Part shown: positions 1 to 9,274 of the stretch, piece by piece
Numbering within the stretch: the stretch's first letter is position 1
Layout of the letters: every line of letters starts with the position of its first letter
DNA from: Escherichia phage vB_Eco_mar004NP2
Sequence record: OR896837.1
Direction: 5' to 3' (one strand)
Length of the DNA: 64,000 nucleotides
Notes under the pieces: generated by a model
Told to the model about the DNA's origin: nothing
The model's database searches: none
The model's input: the letters and a program-made list of their open reading frames with translations, nothing else
Made by a program: the position numbers and the translations under genes

Positions 1-408
1 ATGATCGCCGATGGCCCATTTCATACCATCAGCTATTGGCTCTAACCAAGGCTCTAGCTTTTCCGCCAGATCACCAGGAAGCATACCAAGAGACTTACCT
101 AGAGGTTCATTAGGACGTACGAGAATCACTTGCTCAATATCTGAGTGAATGTCTACGAGTTCCTGAGCTGCAAGAACGGACGGAATAAAGGTTTTACCAG
201 TACCTGGCTCACCGATACCCACAGTCACTGTGTTGTTCTTGATCATATTGATATATGATTTTTGCTCGCGGTTTTTACCTACTAGGGATTTAGCAACTGG
301 GTTAGCGTAATCATTAGAAAAATTAGTCTGAATTACGTTATTCTCATATTTGTTGCCACGCTTTCTTGAACCATTGCGGTTCTCTCTTTTTTGACGTGCT
401 TTTCCCAT
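1..408 (-). CDS. phoH: PhoH-like ATPase, N-terminal 136 aa only (gene runs off the window start)
   Basis: Own minus-strand translation from ATG at 408-406: MGKARQKRENRNG...; Walker A GIGEPGTGKT and LGMLPGDLAEK motif. Absent from ORF track because truncated by window edge. Confidence 0.65.
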   Translation of the reverse strand, partial: MGKARQKRENRNGSRKRGNKYENNVIQTNFSNDYANPVAKSLVGKNREQKSYINMIKNNTVTVGIGEPGTGKTFIPSVLAAQELVDIHSDIEQVILVRPNEPLGKSLGMLPGDLAEKLEPWLEPIADGMKWAIGDH

Positions 409-702
409 AAATAACACTCCTATAGTGTACTTCGCTAACAGAGGATCAACAAAAAGATCTTGTTTATCAACTTACAAATATATTATACCAATATATACAG
501 TAAAAAGCAACTACAATTTTAAATAAGCCTATGATATTGCATTTAAATAAAAAATTTGCTTGCTTTTAACGTGAGATGTGTGATACTAGATAATCATTTT
601 ATATCGCGTGTACGAGTGCGTGATTATACAATTTTTAATAGAGATTGGCAAATAAAATTTTTTGACTCAGATCATGTTACAGAACTTTATAGTAAAATAT
701 TG

Positions 703-731
703 TTGACATCTGCCCTCGAATGAGTTATAAT
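703..731 (+). promoter_or_regulatory. sigma70-type promoter upstream of nrdD
   Basis: TTGACA 703-708, 17-nt spacer, TATAAT 726-731, about 30 nt before the nrdD SD/ATG. Confidence 0.45.
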
Positions 732-760
732 AGTAGTCTTAGTTATAGAAGGAGAGTATA

Positions 761-2635
761 ATGAATCGCAATGAAGAACTAAAGTATAAAGAAATGCAGG
801 CGTTAATTAGAAACTGCAAAGAGATTATCGAAGGGTCAGCAGATGAAGAGCTGCTGTTTAATAATGCCAATAAACCCTCAGAACGTTTCCCTACACAAAG
901 GGATATGCTTGCAGGTGAATTGAGTAAGTATCTGATTCTAGAAGAAATGCCAATTCAGATTCGAAATGCTCATATGATTGGGGATATTCATTTCCATGAT
1001 GCTGATTATGCTGCATTAGGCATGACTAACTGTTGCCTGGTAGCTCTGGAAGATATGTTGAAGAATGGTATGAAGGTTGGTAATGCTGAAATTAGCACTC
1101 CAAACTCTATCACTACTGCGGCGGCTATCACTGCTCAGATTATCACTCAAGTTAGCTCCCATCAGTATGGTGGTACTTCTGTAGATCGCCTTGATGAAGT
1201 ATTAGCACCTTATGTTCGTAAATCCTATGACAAAAATCATGCGTTTGCAAAACGTTGGACTAAGGATGAAGCCAAAGCATCCGTAATGGCTACGGAGATG
1301 ACTGAAAAAGAAGTCTATGACGCTTGTCAGGGTTTAGAATATGAAATCAATACCATGTTCAACTCTAATGGTCAGAGTCCGTTTATTACCTTTGGTTTTG
1401 GTCTAGGAACTTCTTGGGAAGCACGTCTAGTACAGAAAGCAATACTGAAAGTACGCATGGATGGTTTAGGTATCAATAAGCGTACAGCTATCTTCCCGAA
1501 ACTGGTATTTGTACTCCGTGATGGCGTTAACATGAAACCAGGAGATGTTAATTATGACATCAAGAAGTTAGCTATGAAATGTACTGCTGAACGTATGTAT
1601 CCAGATTATATCAGCTATGATAAGGTTGTGGAAGTTACTGGAGACTATAAAGTTTCTATGGGCTGCCGTTCATTCCTAGCTGCTACAGAAGATGGTGAAA
1701 CTGCCGGTCGTAATAACTTAGGTGTTGTTTCTGTAAACTTGCCTAGAATTGCTATCGAAGCTGAAGGAAATATTGACCTATTCTTTGATTTGCTTGAGCT
1801 ACGTGTGGATACAGCGTTAAAAGCATTGGAGTGGAGAGTTGATCGCTTAAAATACATCCAAGCTAAAGCTGCGCCCATCCTCTATATGTCAGGAGCCTTT
1901 GGACTGCGCTTGGAGCCTGATGAATATGTATTCGATCATTTCTATAACCGTGCTTCTGTATCTCTAGGGTATATTGGTTGCCATGAAATGCTACAGTTCA
2001 TGTTTGGCAAAGATGTAGACACAATGTCCGAGACCTGCATCAAGTTTGTTCAGCGTGTATTGCAGTACATGCGGGATAGAGTCGATCAGAAGAAGGAAGA
2101 AACTAAGTTAGGTTATAGCCTGTATGCTACACCATCAGAATCCCTATGTGACCGTTTTTGTCGTCTAGACCGCGAATATTTCCCGGAGCATGAAGATATT
2201 CTGTCTAAAGGATACTACACTAACTCGCACCACCTTGATGTAGAACGTAAGGTTGCTCCCAATGTGAAATTTGATTATGAATCTAACTTTACGCCTATTG
2301 CTTCTGGTGGGTGCATTTCCTATGTAGAACTACCAGATATGAAACGATTCCCAGATGCACTGGAATGGGTTATTAATTATGCTGCTAGTAAAGTTCATTA
2401 CTTCGGTATTAATACTCCAGTGGATTCTTGCGGTAAATGTGGATTCTTAGGTGAAACAGTAGCATCCGAAGATGGGTTTAAGTGCCCTATCTGTGGTAAT
2501 CATGATCCCGAAACTCTTGAAGTAACTCGCCGAGTTTGTGGGTATCTTGGAAATCCAGGTGCTCGTCCATTTAACCCTGGTAAACAGCACGAGGTTATGG
2601 GCAGGGTGAAACATCAGGATATTCGAGCTAAATAA
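761..2635 (+). CDS. nrdD: Anaerobic ribonucleoside-triphosphate reductase (class III RNR)
   Basis: 624 aa ORF; C-terminal glycyl-radical motif TRRVCGYLGNP and CGKCG...CPICG zinc ribbon; SD ggagag before ATG. Confidence 0.9.
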   Translation: MNRNEELKYKEMQALIRNCKEIIEGSADEELLFNNANKPSERFPTQRDMLAGELSKYLILEEMPIQIRNAHMIGDIHFHDADYAALGMTNCCLVALEDMLKNGMKVGNAEISTPNSITTAAAITAQIITQVSSHQYGGTSVDRLDEVLAPYVRKSYDKNHAFAKRWTKDEAKASVMATEMTEKEVYDACQGLEYEINTMFNSNGQSPFITFGFGLGTSWEARLVQKAILKVRMDGLGINKRTAIFPKLVFVLRDGVNMKPGDVNYDIKKLAMKCTAERMYPDYISYDKVVEVTGDYKVSMGCRSFLAATEDGETAGRNNLGVVSVNLPRIAIEAEGNIDLFFDLLELRVDTALKALEWRVDRLKYIQAKAAPILYMSGAFGLRLEPDEYVFDHFYNRASVSLGYIGCHEMLQFMFGKDVDTMSETCIKFVQRVLQYMRDRVDQKKEETKLGYSLYATPSESLCDRFCRLDREYFPEHEDILSKGYYTNSHHLDVERKVAPNVKFDYESNFTPIASGGCISYVELPDMKRFPDALEWVINYAASKVHYFGINTPVDSCGKCGFLGETVASEDGFKCPICGNHDPETLEVTRRVCGYLGNPGARPFNPGKQHEVMGRVKHQDIRAK

Positions 2636-2677
2636 GCTAATCAGCCGGGTTGCTAGTCGACCTGGCTTTTATTTTAT

Positions 2678-2706
2678 TTGCTTTCAGCCAAAAATTTATG
2701 TATAAT
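2678..2706 (+). promoter_or_regulatory. sigma70-type early promoter with conserved leader (ATAAATTTGAGAGGAG)
   Basis: TTGCTT 2678-2683, 17-nt spacer, TATAAT 2701-2706; leader tgatttataaatttgagaggag precedes ATG 2735. Confidence 0.5.
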
Positions 2707-2734
2707 TGATTTATAAATTTGAGAGGAGAAAGCT

Positions 2735-2947
2735 ATGAGAGTTCACAAGGTAGATAAAGAACGTATCTATTTTATTATGGATTCTGGGGCGTATGGTTCC
2801 ATTCTCCGTGGGGATATAGCTAAATTATGTTTAGTAAATACTTGGATGGACGAAGGGAAGATTGATCCTAGGGTGGGATTGTGCTTATCTGGGCCCGCCC
2901 TTTATATTGCTAGTGCAGAAATTGAAATGTTTGAGGAACAAGAATGA
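2735..2947 (+). CDS. Hypothetical protein (70 aa)
   Basis: ORF track; SD gagaggag upstream; first gene of a translationally coupled run. Confidence 0.5.
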   Translation: MRVHKVDKERIYFIMDSGAYGSILRGDIAKLCLVNTWMDEGKIDPRVGLCLSGPALYIASAEIEMFEEQE

Positions 2948-3147
2948 AGAACGTAAAACATCTTAAATATCGCTTAATTTACAACGGACGTATGGAAACA
3001 GAAGACCTGGCCCAGTTAGCTATTAATTCTAATGAGGTTACAGTGCGTGCGCTGGCAATTGAAAAGTTGCGTGCTTCTTATGAAAATCGTGTTATGGAAC
3101 TAGAGGAGAAACTTTATGGCATTCTCGAAGCCGATGCTACCAGATAA
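2944..3147 (+). CDS. Hypothetical protein (67 aa)
   Basis: ORF track; ATGA overlap with upstream stop; SD gagga 6 nt upstream. Confidence 0.5.
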   Translation: MKNVKHLKYRLIYNGRMETEDLAQLAINSNEVTVRALAIEKLRASYENRVMELEEKLYGILEADATR

Positions 3148-3337
3148 GGGTTTAAATGCCGCTTTGGAAAACGCATTAATGCAGCATTGGGAAACTGGCT
3201 ATAAGGATGGTGTTGAATCCTGCGCTAATATGCTAGAAGTTATTGCTAATACCTTAATGGAGAAAGGCAATAAAGAATTAGCTGAGCTATTAGACAGTAT
3301 TGGGCAAAACTTCAGAGAACAGGTGGAAAATGCGTAG
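3116..3337 (+). CDS. Hypothetical protein (73 aa)
   Basis: ORF track; ggag 8 nt upstream of ATG; overlaps neighbours by a few codons. Confidence 0.45.
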   Translation: MAFSKPMLPDKGLNAALENALMQHWETGYKDGVESCANMLEVIANTLMEKGNKELAELLDSIGQNFREQVENA

Positions 3338-4148
3338 ATTAATTATTATTAGCGGTGCGGGTTTGAGTGTTGAAAGTGGTGTACGAGCTTTTCGTACTGA
3401 TACTGCTAGTGGTAAAGCACTGTGGGATGATTATGATCTAGAAGAAGTATGTAATATTCATGCCTTTCGTAGTAATTTTTACCATAAAACCCATATGTTT
3501 TACAACAAACGTCGTGAAGAGCTAAAAACTGTTGAACCCAATCTTGCACATTTGCGTATTGGTGAATGGTATAAACAATATCCAGGTCAGGTAGTAAACT
3601 TGACTACCAACGTTGATGACCTTATTGAGCGTGCTGGCGTTCCACATAGTGACATTCTGCACATTCACGGATATTTAAAAGAGGTTATTGTAGCTGATAG
3701 CTACAATAGTAGCAATAAACGGATTATTGATGTAGGGTACAATTCTATTGATCCAGATGATTATAAATGGGTTAAACCTAATGTAATCTTCTTTGGGGAG
3801 CATGCTCCAGCGTATGCAGAAATGTACAATATTTTTGATGGTATTACCAGTCAAGATATGATCATTGTGGTTGGTTGCTCTAACCAAGTAATTAACTTCT
3901 ACTGGGAATTATTTCCTGTTCTTAATTTGACTGCTGCGAAACTTATGGTTGTTAACTACTATGATAGTGCCCTCGCAGCGGAACCGGGCTATCAAGGTAT
4001 GACTCGTAGTGAGATGTACCAGCTGGAAGAACGTGGTATCCCTTACTGGAGTAAAGGTGCGGTAGATGCTTTCAACGACCCTGATTTTATTGCTCGTGTA
4101 GAAGCCCATTTAGAGGGTAGACCTTATGTGTCGAGAAGCAAGAAATAA
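3330..4148 (+). CDS. Sir2-family (sirtuin-like) NAD-dependent enzyme
   Basis: Start taken at ATG 3330 (MRRLIIISGAG) preceded by aggtgga; Sir2 motifs GAGLSVESGVRAFR, TTNVDDLIERAG, HIHGYL, KPNVIFFGE, VVGCSNQV read in translation; no CxxC zinc ribbon seen. Confidence 0.65.
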   Translation: MRRLIIISGAGLSVESGVRAFRTDTASGKALWDDYDLEEVCNIHAFRSNFYHKTHMFYNKRREELKTVEPNLAHLRIGEWYKQYPGQVVNLTTNVDDLIERAGVPHSDILHIHGYLKEVIVADSYNSSNKRIIDVGYNSIDPDDYKWVKPNVIFFGEHAPAYAEMYNIFDGITSQDMIIVVGCSNQVINFYWELFPVLNLTAAKLMVVNYYDSALAAEPGYQGMTRSEMYQLEERGIPYWSKGAVDAFNDPDFIARVEAHLEGRPYVSRSKK

Positions 4149-4240
4149 TGAATGGGATATTTTTATAGCTTAGTCTGGCACTTGGTGTTATATATATGTT
4201 GATACGGTTGAGTATGATACGTTCTTAGAAAGGAACAAAA

Positions 4241-4747
4241 ATGGAAATAAGTAATACTCCAATTATTTTTCTAGACATTGATGGGGTGCTCAATTCGAGC
4301 ATCTCCCATCATCATGCACCTGATAATGAAAAGATTTTCTTTGGAAGTGACTGGGTTTTCAAACCGCTTCTCAAGGCTTTTCAGGATTTTATTCGTCCTT
4401 CTCCGATAATGATTGTTGGAGTATCCTCATGGTTCTCTGTTAGGAATGAGATGGAGAACGTTCAGATTATGACCGGATTAGGTCTTATCGATCGTTTTCT
4501 TGGTACAACTGATTTTACTGGGGGTGGGCTATCTAGAGGTAATTCTGTTCTCCGTTTCGTTGAAAAGCATAAGCTCAAACATTGGTGTGTGCTTGATGAT
4601 GCTGGTGCTACGATGTATCAGTATCCAACGGTTATAGTCAACGGTAGGACTGGGATAAATCTTCAAGATTTAAAAGCTGTTAGCTATATGCTAGAATTTA
4701 GCCCAGATATTGAAATGTGTAAATCCTTACAACAATTTAAGGTGTAA
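4241..4747 (+). CDS. HAD-superfamily hydrolase-like protein (possible nucleotidase/phosphatase)
   Basis: N-terminal FLDIDGVLN (DxDGxL HAD motif I); SD aggaac upstream. Confidence 0.55.
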   Translation: MEISNTPIIFLDIDGVLNSSISHHHAPDNEKIFFGSDWVFKPLLKAFQDFIRPSPIMIVGVSSWFSVRNEMENVQIMTGLGLIDRFLGTTDFTGGGLSRGNSVLRFVEKHKLKHWCVLDDAGATMYQYPTVIVNGRTGINLQDLKAVSYMLEFSPDIEMCKSLQQFKV

Positions 4748-4749
4748 AT

Positions 4750-5178
4750 ATGTTCAATAATGTATTCTCTAAAGAAGCTAACCCAATTTTGGTTAACTTT
4801 TGGCGTACTCTCCCAGCTAGCCTGTATAATGAGGCTATTAACTCTTTGAAAATATGGTGTGAGAATAACGAAATCTCCTTTGCTTTTAAGGATGATATTG
4901 ATGAGGCCCCCTGTATTGGTTTAATTGTGCAGGTAGAGGATGGTCTTGAAGAGATTGTGGGCTGGAAAGAGTTAGACGAAATGGGCTTAGTTTTTGCGTT
5001 AAACTATAAGCTGTTTATGCCTGCTAAGCATCGCCTAGTTGTTAACTATAAAACTAGTGAATCTCCTGGTTTTCAGGTTAATGAACGTTATGGTTGGTCT
5101 TACTCACCGGAAGAAGTGAATGAGGGGATTCAGAAACTTCGCCGTTTCGGGTATATGATCCCAGGTTTAACTGCTTAA
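4750..5178 (+). CDS. Hypothetical protein, paralog A of a tandem pair
   Basis: ORF track; shares a C-terminal block with the next ORF (EL-x-EMGLV-x-LN-x-LF-P...GY-x-IPGL). Confidence 0.55.
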   Translation: MFNNVFSKEANPILVNFWRTLPASLYNEAINSLKIWCENNEISFAFKDDIDEAPCIGLIVQVEDGLEEIVGWKELDEMGLVFALNYKLFMPAKHRLVVNYKTSESPGFQVNERYGWSYSPEEVNEGIQKLRRFGYMIPGLTA

Positions 5179-5187
5179 GGAGGCAGA

Positions 5188-5580
5188 ATGGAACAAGTAT
5201 ATTGGCGTCAGATTGATCCTAGTTTGGTGAAGCGTGCTGAGAAGCTGCTACAACGTTGGTTGGGGGTAAAGCAAGCCTCCTTCACTTTTCCAGAGCAGCA
5301 AATAGATGATCCCTGCACTGGCGTTTTCCTGTCTGGATATGCCGGGGAATGGGAGATGGACTGGAATGAATTGTCCTCTATGGGTTTAATTGTTTCCCTA
5401 AATTTCTCTTTGTTCCATCCACGTGGTTTTGCCATATGTCGTGTGCCTGATGACGGTTGTTCGCCCCATCTTTTACAGGTGAAAGATGATATTTGGGAGT
5501 ACACTCCAGATATTCTCAAAGAAGCTAAAGAACAATTAAACCGTGTTGGGATTTATGTTCCAGGCCTAAATGATGAATGA
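5188..5580 (+). CDS. Hypothetical protein, paralog B of a tandem pair
   Basis: ORF track; strong SD taaggagg; paralogous to 4750-5178. Confidence 0.55.
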   Translation: MEQVYWRQIDPSLVKRAEKLLQRWLGVKQASFTFPEQQIDDPCTGVFLSGYAGEWEMDWNELSSMGLIVSLNFSLFHPRGFAICRVPDDGCSPHLLQVKDDIWEYTPDILKEAKEQLNRVGIYVPGLNDE

Positions 5581-5671
5581 TTTTTACTAGCTGAACTCTG
5601 ATTACCGAGTCATTTTGGCTCGGTTTTCTCTGTACTCAAAGACACTGATAGCACCTTTGGGAAAAATTTAC

Positions 5672-5700
5672 TTGCACGGTGCTCAAAATCTTGATATAAT
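5672..5700 (+). promoter_or_regulatory. sigma70-type promoter reading into a ~0.45 kb region without a convincing ORF
   Basis: TTGCAC 5672-5677, 17-nt spacer, TATAAT 5695-5700, followed by the conserved leader-like atttatattgaattgagaga. Confidence 0.45.
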
Positions 5701-6199
5701 ATTTATATTGAATTGAGAGACATTAGTAAAAATTGATTTTGCTAATTTTTCTTGTTTACAATCCGCGATACGGAACAGTTAGGCTGCCCCATTAAGGGTT
5801 GTTTTAACTGTTACGTGTTAGTTTTTAAACAAATAGTTAATAGAATACTTAGCGATCTGCGTCCCGTAGGAACCCTGGTAAGGCCTCGAAGCAACCTAGA
5901 TAGAGGTGGTTGTGAAGTGAGACGGGAGGAGTGAAAAACTCCGAGACGTGATTCTGTAAGTTATATTGCATCTAGTATGAGCTAGTATATGAAGCATTAG
6001 GTGAGCAAATCTGGCTTAGCGGCCATCCTCAAGGATTTGTGCGGTATAGCAAAGCAGCAGCGCAGCGTGAAAGTGGAAGTTGCCACCCCACTTCAGTATT
6101 TGCGATTAATTTGTTGAGAAATTGACAGTAACAGTTGTTCTATTCTTTCTGAATAGTCCTAAAGAAAACTTATTTCATTTCCAACACAGGAGTATTGTT

Positions 6200-8989
6200 G
6201 TGTTTTCAATCCTACAAGGTCATGCAGGATTTCATCGCGATTTAGCCACAGGCAATTGGCGAGAAGTTAAAGCAGAAGATTATCTTTTTGCTAAAAGATT
6301 TTCCTCAAAGCATCCTGAAGGTAAACCAGCTTCAATGCCCTTCAAGTTTGATGTAATTGACGAAGTTGATCCTCAAACCCTAGTAGAAATGCTTCCTCTT
6401 ATGAGACGTTTAACGTCTGACCCTCATATCGTTGCGGTACGAGGTCGATGTCTTGCACCTAAAAATAATGTGCGGCGTAAGAATGGCAACTTTAATGTAT
6501 CTAACCCAAGTCATATAATTGCAATGGATGTGGATGGTATTGTAGATACAGGTGGTTGTAACAAGTTTGATCTTGTTGGCATGGCTCGACATATTATTAG
6601 AATGTTAAATAGTATTAGTGAGGATATGTTTCCTCTTGATGCAGGGTTTATCGCTCATGCATCGTCTTCGGCTGGGCTAAAACCAGGTATCCGAATGCAC
6701 TTAATACTAGAATCTAATGTTAAAGTAACTCAGGGTCAAATCAAATTCTTATTTACATCTATCAACGAAAGTAGTAGACAAAAGTATGGCTTTGATATTG
6801 CCGACTTAGCTTATTACTCTTCCGTACAGCTCCATTATTTTGCAGATCCGTTATTTACCGATGGTATAGTAGATCCGTTTAAAGAGGAGGGTGCTTCACG
6901 TCTGGTATTTGTTAAGGGTTCTAAAGTAAATTTACCCAATAATCTGGTTGACTATGAAACAACTAGAGGTGAGTTTAAAGAAGAGTTCTACTCTTTACTA
7001 GACCAAATTAAGGGTAAAAAAGCTGCCTCTGATAAAGTAGAAGAAACCATCAGCGAACTAGAAGAAGCTGAGGATGGAGTGTATCTACGTATTATTCCTA
7101 AACTCTATCACAGGGCTTTAGAGGATGGTGTTGATTTTGCATGGCTAGAAAAAGAAATCCGTCCAGCCTTATCAGAATATATTGCAACTAAAGATAATAG
7201 TCGTAATATTCAAGACTACTTTAATAATGGTCGTAAACAGGCTCTAAAAGCATTTGTTAATAATTCTAAACGTTATATACCGGATGTTTTAAAAGGTATT
7301 CCACTCAAAAAGCTAGAAACTAACTCTTTAGAGACTGATAACTTCTTGAAATTAAATACTGTGCCACCAGAAGGTTATATGACTTTTGTAAAAGCGAGTC
7401 TAGGTACAGGTAAAACTACAGCGGTTGTGCGTTGGTTAGATTCAGGAGTTATTAAAGGTAATTTCTTAGCAATTACCAATACTCGAGCACTGGTATCTTC
7501 CAATGCTAAGAAATTTAGTGCAGGACAATATGATAAGTCTGTAGATATGCTTAATTTTAAGCGTGGTGCTATTGACCGTATGTCCACAACTATTCACTCT
7601 TTGCATAAGTTCAAGAGTTTTATTGGTCAAATTGATGCAATCTTTATCGATGAATGTGATGCAGTAATGAACGACCTATTATTCGCCCCGGTTGTTAAAC
7701 AACGTCGTGAATGTATTCAGGTTCTTCGGGATATTCTTGCAACTGCAAAAATCATTATATTATCAGATGGTGATATTAGTGCAGAAACAATTGAAGCATA
7801 TGGTTCTTTGATCGAGTTTGATAAACCGGTTGCATTTTATAATCATCACCGTAAAATGCTGTCAAAAGCTCATGCTTATGAGTTTCCTGATGAATCCAGT
7901 ATTTGGGTTGCACTTCAGACTTCTCTAGAGATGGGTGAGAAATCTATTCTGGTATCTGATTGTGGCCCTGATGAGCTGAATGAGAAGGGTATGGCATTAC
8001 GTCGTAATACGGGTGCGTTAGTTAAGGAAATCCACTCAAATTCTACGTCTGATGTGGATATTAGACGTATTCTGGATTACACAACTAATGAGCTGATTGA
8101 TCAACAAATTGATTGCTTATTATGTAGTCCATCCGTAACGAGTGGAGTTGACTTCAACTATTTTGATAACGTATTCGTTATTACTAGAACCAGTAACCAA
8201 GCGCCAAACATGCGTTTTCAAGCAATCAGGCGCGACCGTGGTGCTCAGAATATCTATTATTTTATTGATAAATCTACGAGTGGATTCTCTGCAGGTTCTG
8301 AACAATATAATATTGATGAGGGCTGGCTGGAGTTAGCACAGCAATTATATGCACGTCGTAGAGAGCTGGAATCTAGAAATTATACTAGTACTTTACGTTA
8401 TTACTTGCTTGATCAGGGTGCAACTATTGATATTTTCAGCGAAAGCTGGGGAACTATTGAAGGTGCAGGGAAAGAATATATGGAAGAGCGAATCAAAGCT
8501 ATTCTACATTCAACTCCTGATTATTGTGCTCCACGTCATGCGGATGCGTATGAAGCTAAACTACTTCTTGTTCGCTATTATCATCTTGAGTCTATTAAAG
8601 ATGTAACAGTTGAGCATGTTGAACAATATATCAAGGATAAACCTAATGATCGAGCGGCATTCTTCCATAAAATGCACGAGATGTTTTGGGAAGATATTAA
8701 GAAGTGTTCAAACGTCACTATCAAACCATTCATAGAAGCTCTGAAAGGTAAGAAGAAGGACTTCTTCCTTAAAACAGGTCAGAGTGCTAACCCAAAATAT
8801 GCTAGAATGTATCTTGGTATGATGGGTATTGGTAAGGATATGAACACTGAAAATATTGTAGACTGGTACAGAACCTATTGTAAAATCGAGTGTATGCCAA
8901 TTCCTTATAAGTTTATGACTGATGAGGAGAAACATATGCATGATGAAGCAATGGCAGAGCTAGGTGCTAGAAATGACAGTGAAGAATAA
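6200..8989 (+). CDS. Large SF2 helicase-like protein (possibly replication-origin-binding / primase-helicase-like)
   Basis: ORF track 6122-8989 (TTG); start placed at GTG 6200 after aggag with 7-nt spacing (uncertain); Walker A SLGTGKTT, Walker B FIDECD; N-terminal IIAMDVDG acidic motif. Confidence 0.65.
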   Translation: MFSILQGHAGFHRDLATGNWREVKAEDYLFAKRFSSKHPEGKPASMPFKFDVIDEVDPQTLVEMLPLMRRLTSDPHIVAVRGRCLAPKNNVRRKNGNFNVSNPSHIIAMDVDGIVDTGGCNKFDLVGMARHIIRMLNSISEDMFPLDAGFIAHASSSAGLKPGIRMHLILESNVKVTQGQIKFLFTSINESSRQKYGFDIADLAYYSSVQLHYFADPLFTDGIVDPFKEEGASRLVFVKGSKVNLPNNLVDYETTRGEFKEEFYSLLDQIKGKKAASDKVEETISELEEAEDGVYLRIIPKLYHRALEDGVDFAWLEKEIRPALSEYIATKDNSRNIQDYFNNGRKQALKAFVNNSKRYIPDVLKGIPLKKLETNSLETDNFLKLNTVPPEGYMTFVKASLGTGKTTAVVRWLDSGVIKGNFLAITNTRALVSSNAKKFSAGQYDKSVDMLNFKRGAIDRMSTTIHSLHKFKSFIGQIDAIFIDECDAVMNDLLFAPVVKQRRECIQVLRDILATAKIIILSDGDISAETIEAYGSLIEFDKPVAFYNHHRKMLSKAHAYEFPDESSIWVALQTSLEMGEKSILVSDCGPDELNEKGMALRRNTGALVKEIHSNSTSDVDIRRILDYTTNELIDQQIDCLLCSPSVTSGVDFNYFDNVFVITRTSNQAPNMRFQAIRRDRGAQNIYYFIDKSTSGFSAGSEQYNIDEGWLELAQQLYARRRELESRNYTSTLRYYLLDQGATIDIFSESWGTIEGAGKEYMEERIKAILHSTPDYCAPRHADAYEAKLLLVRYYHLESIKDVTVEHVEQYIKDKPNDRAAFFHKMHEMFWEDIKKCSNVTIKPFIEALKGKKKDFFLKTGQSANPKYARMYLGMMGIGKDMNTENIVDWYRTYCKIECMPIPYKFMTDEEKHMHDEAMAELGARNDSEE

Positions 8990-9206
8990 AAAATGGGAAA
9001 CAAGGAAGTTCCCAGTAAAAGAGCGTAAAGTTCCTGTTTACGATACTTCGGAAAAGCTATGTAGGGTGGTTCCTGCTAGATTAGCTGGCATCCCTAACAT
9101 ATCCGAGTGGTTACTTAAACAACGGAAAACAAACGTGTCTCTTCGCATCGGCTTTGAATTAGATAAAGTCTATGCTGAACTTGCTTCTTTGCTCAAGGAA
9201 TCGTAA
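8973..9206 (+). CDS. Hypothetical small protein
   Basis: ORF track 8964-9206; ATG 8973 overlaps the end of the upstream gene; weak support. Confidence 0.3.
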   Translation: MTVKNKKWETRKFPVKERKVPVYDTSEKLCRVVPARLAGIPNISEWLLKQRKTNVSLRIGFELDKVYAELASLLKES

Positions 9207-9214
9207 AAATTTAT

Positions 9215-9243
9215 TTGCATAGTGCAAAAAATTTCTGTATAAT
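9215..9243 (+). promoter_or_regulatory. Strong T5-type (PN25-like) sigma70 promoter
   Basis: TTGCAT 9215-9220, 17-nt spacer, TATAAT 9238-9243, AT-rich upstream block, leader tagattcataaatttgagagaggag closely resembling the classic T5 PN25 promoter (from memory). Confidence 0.6.
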
Positions 9244-9274
9244 AGATTCATAAATTTGAGAGAGGAGTTTAAAT

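Noticed and set aside
5752-5934. 60-aa ORF in the non-coding stretch after the 5672 promoter
   Set aside because: TTG start, no SD, Cys/Arg-rich odd composition; kept only as part of the possible ncRNA/leader finding.
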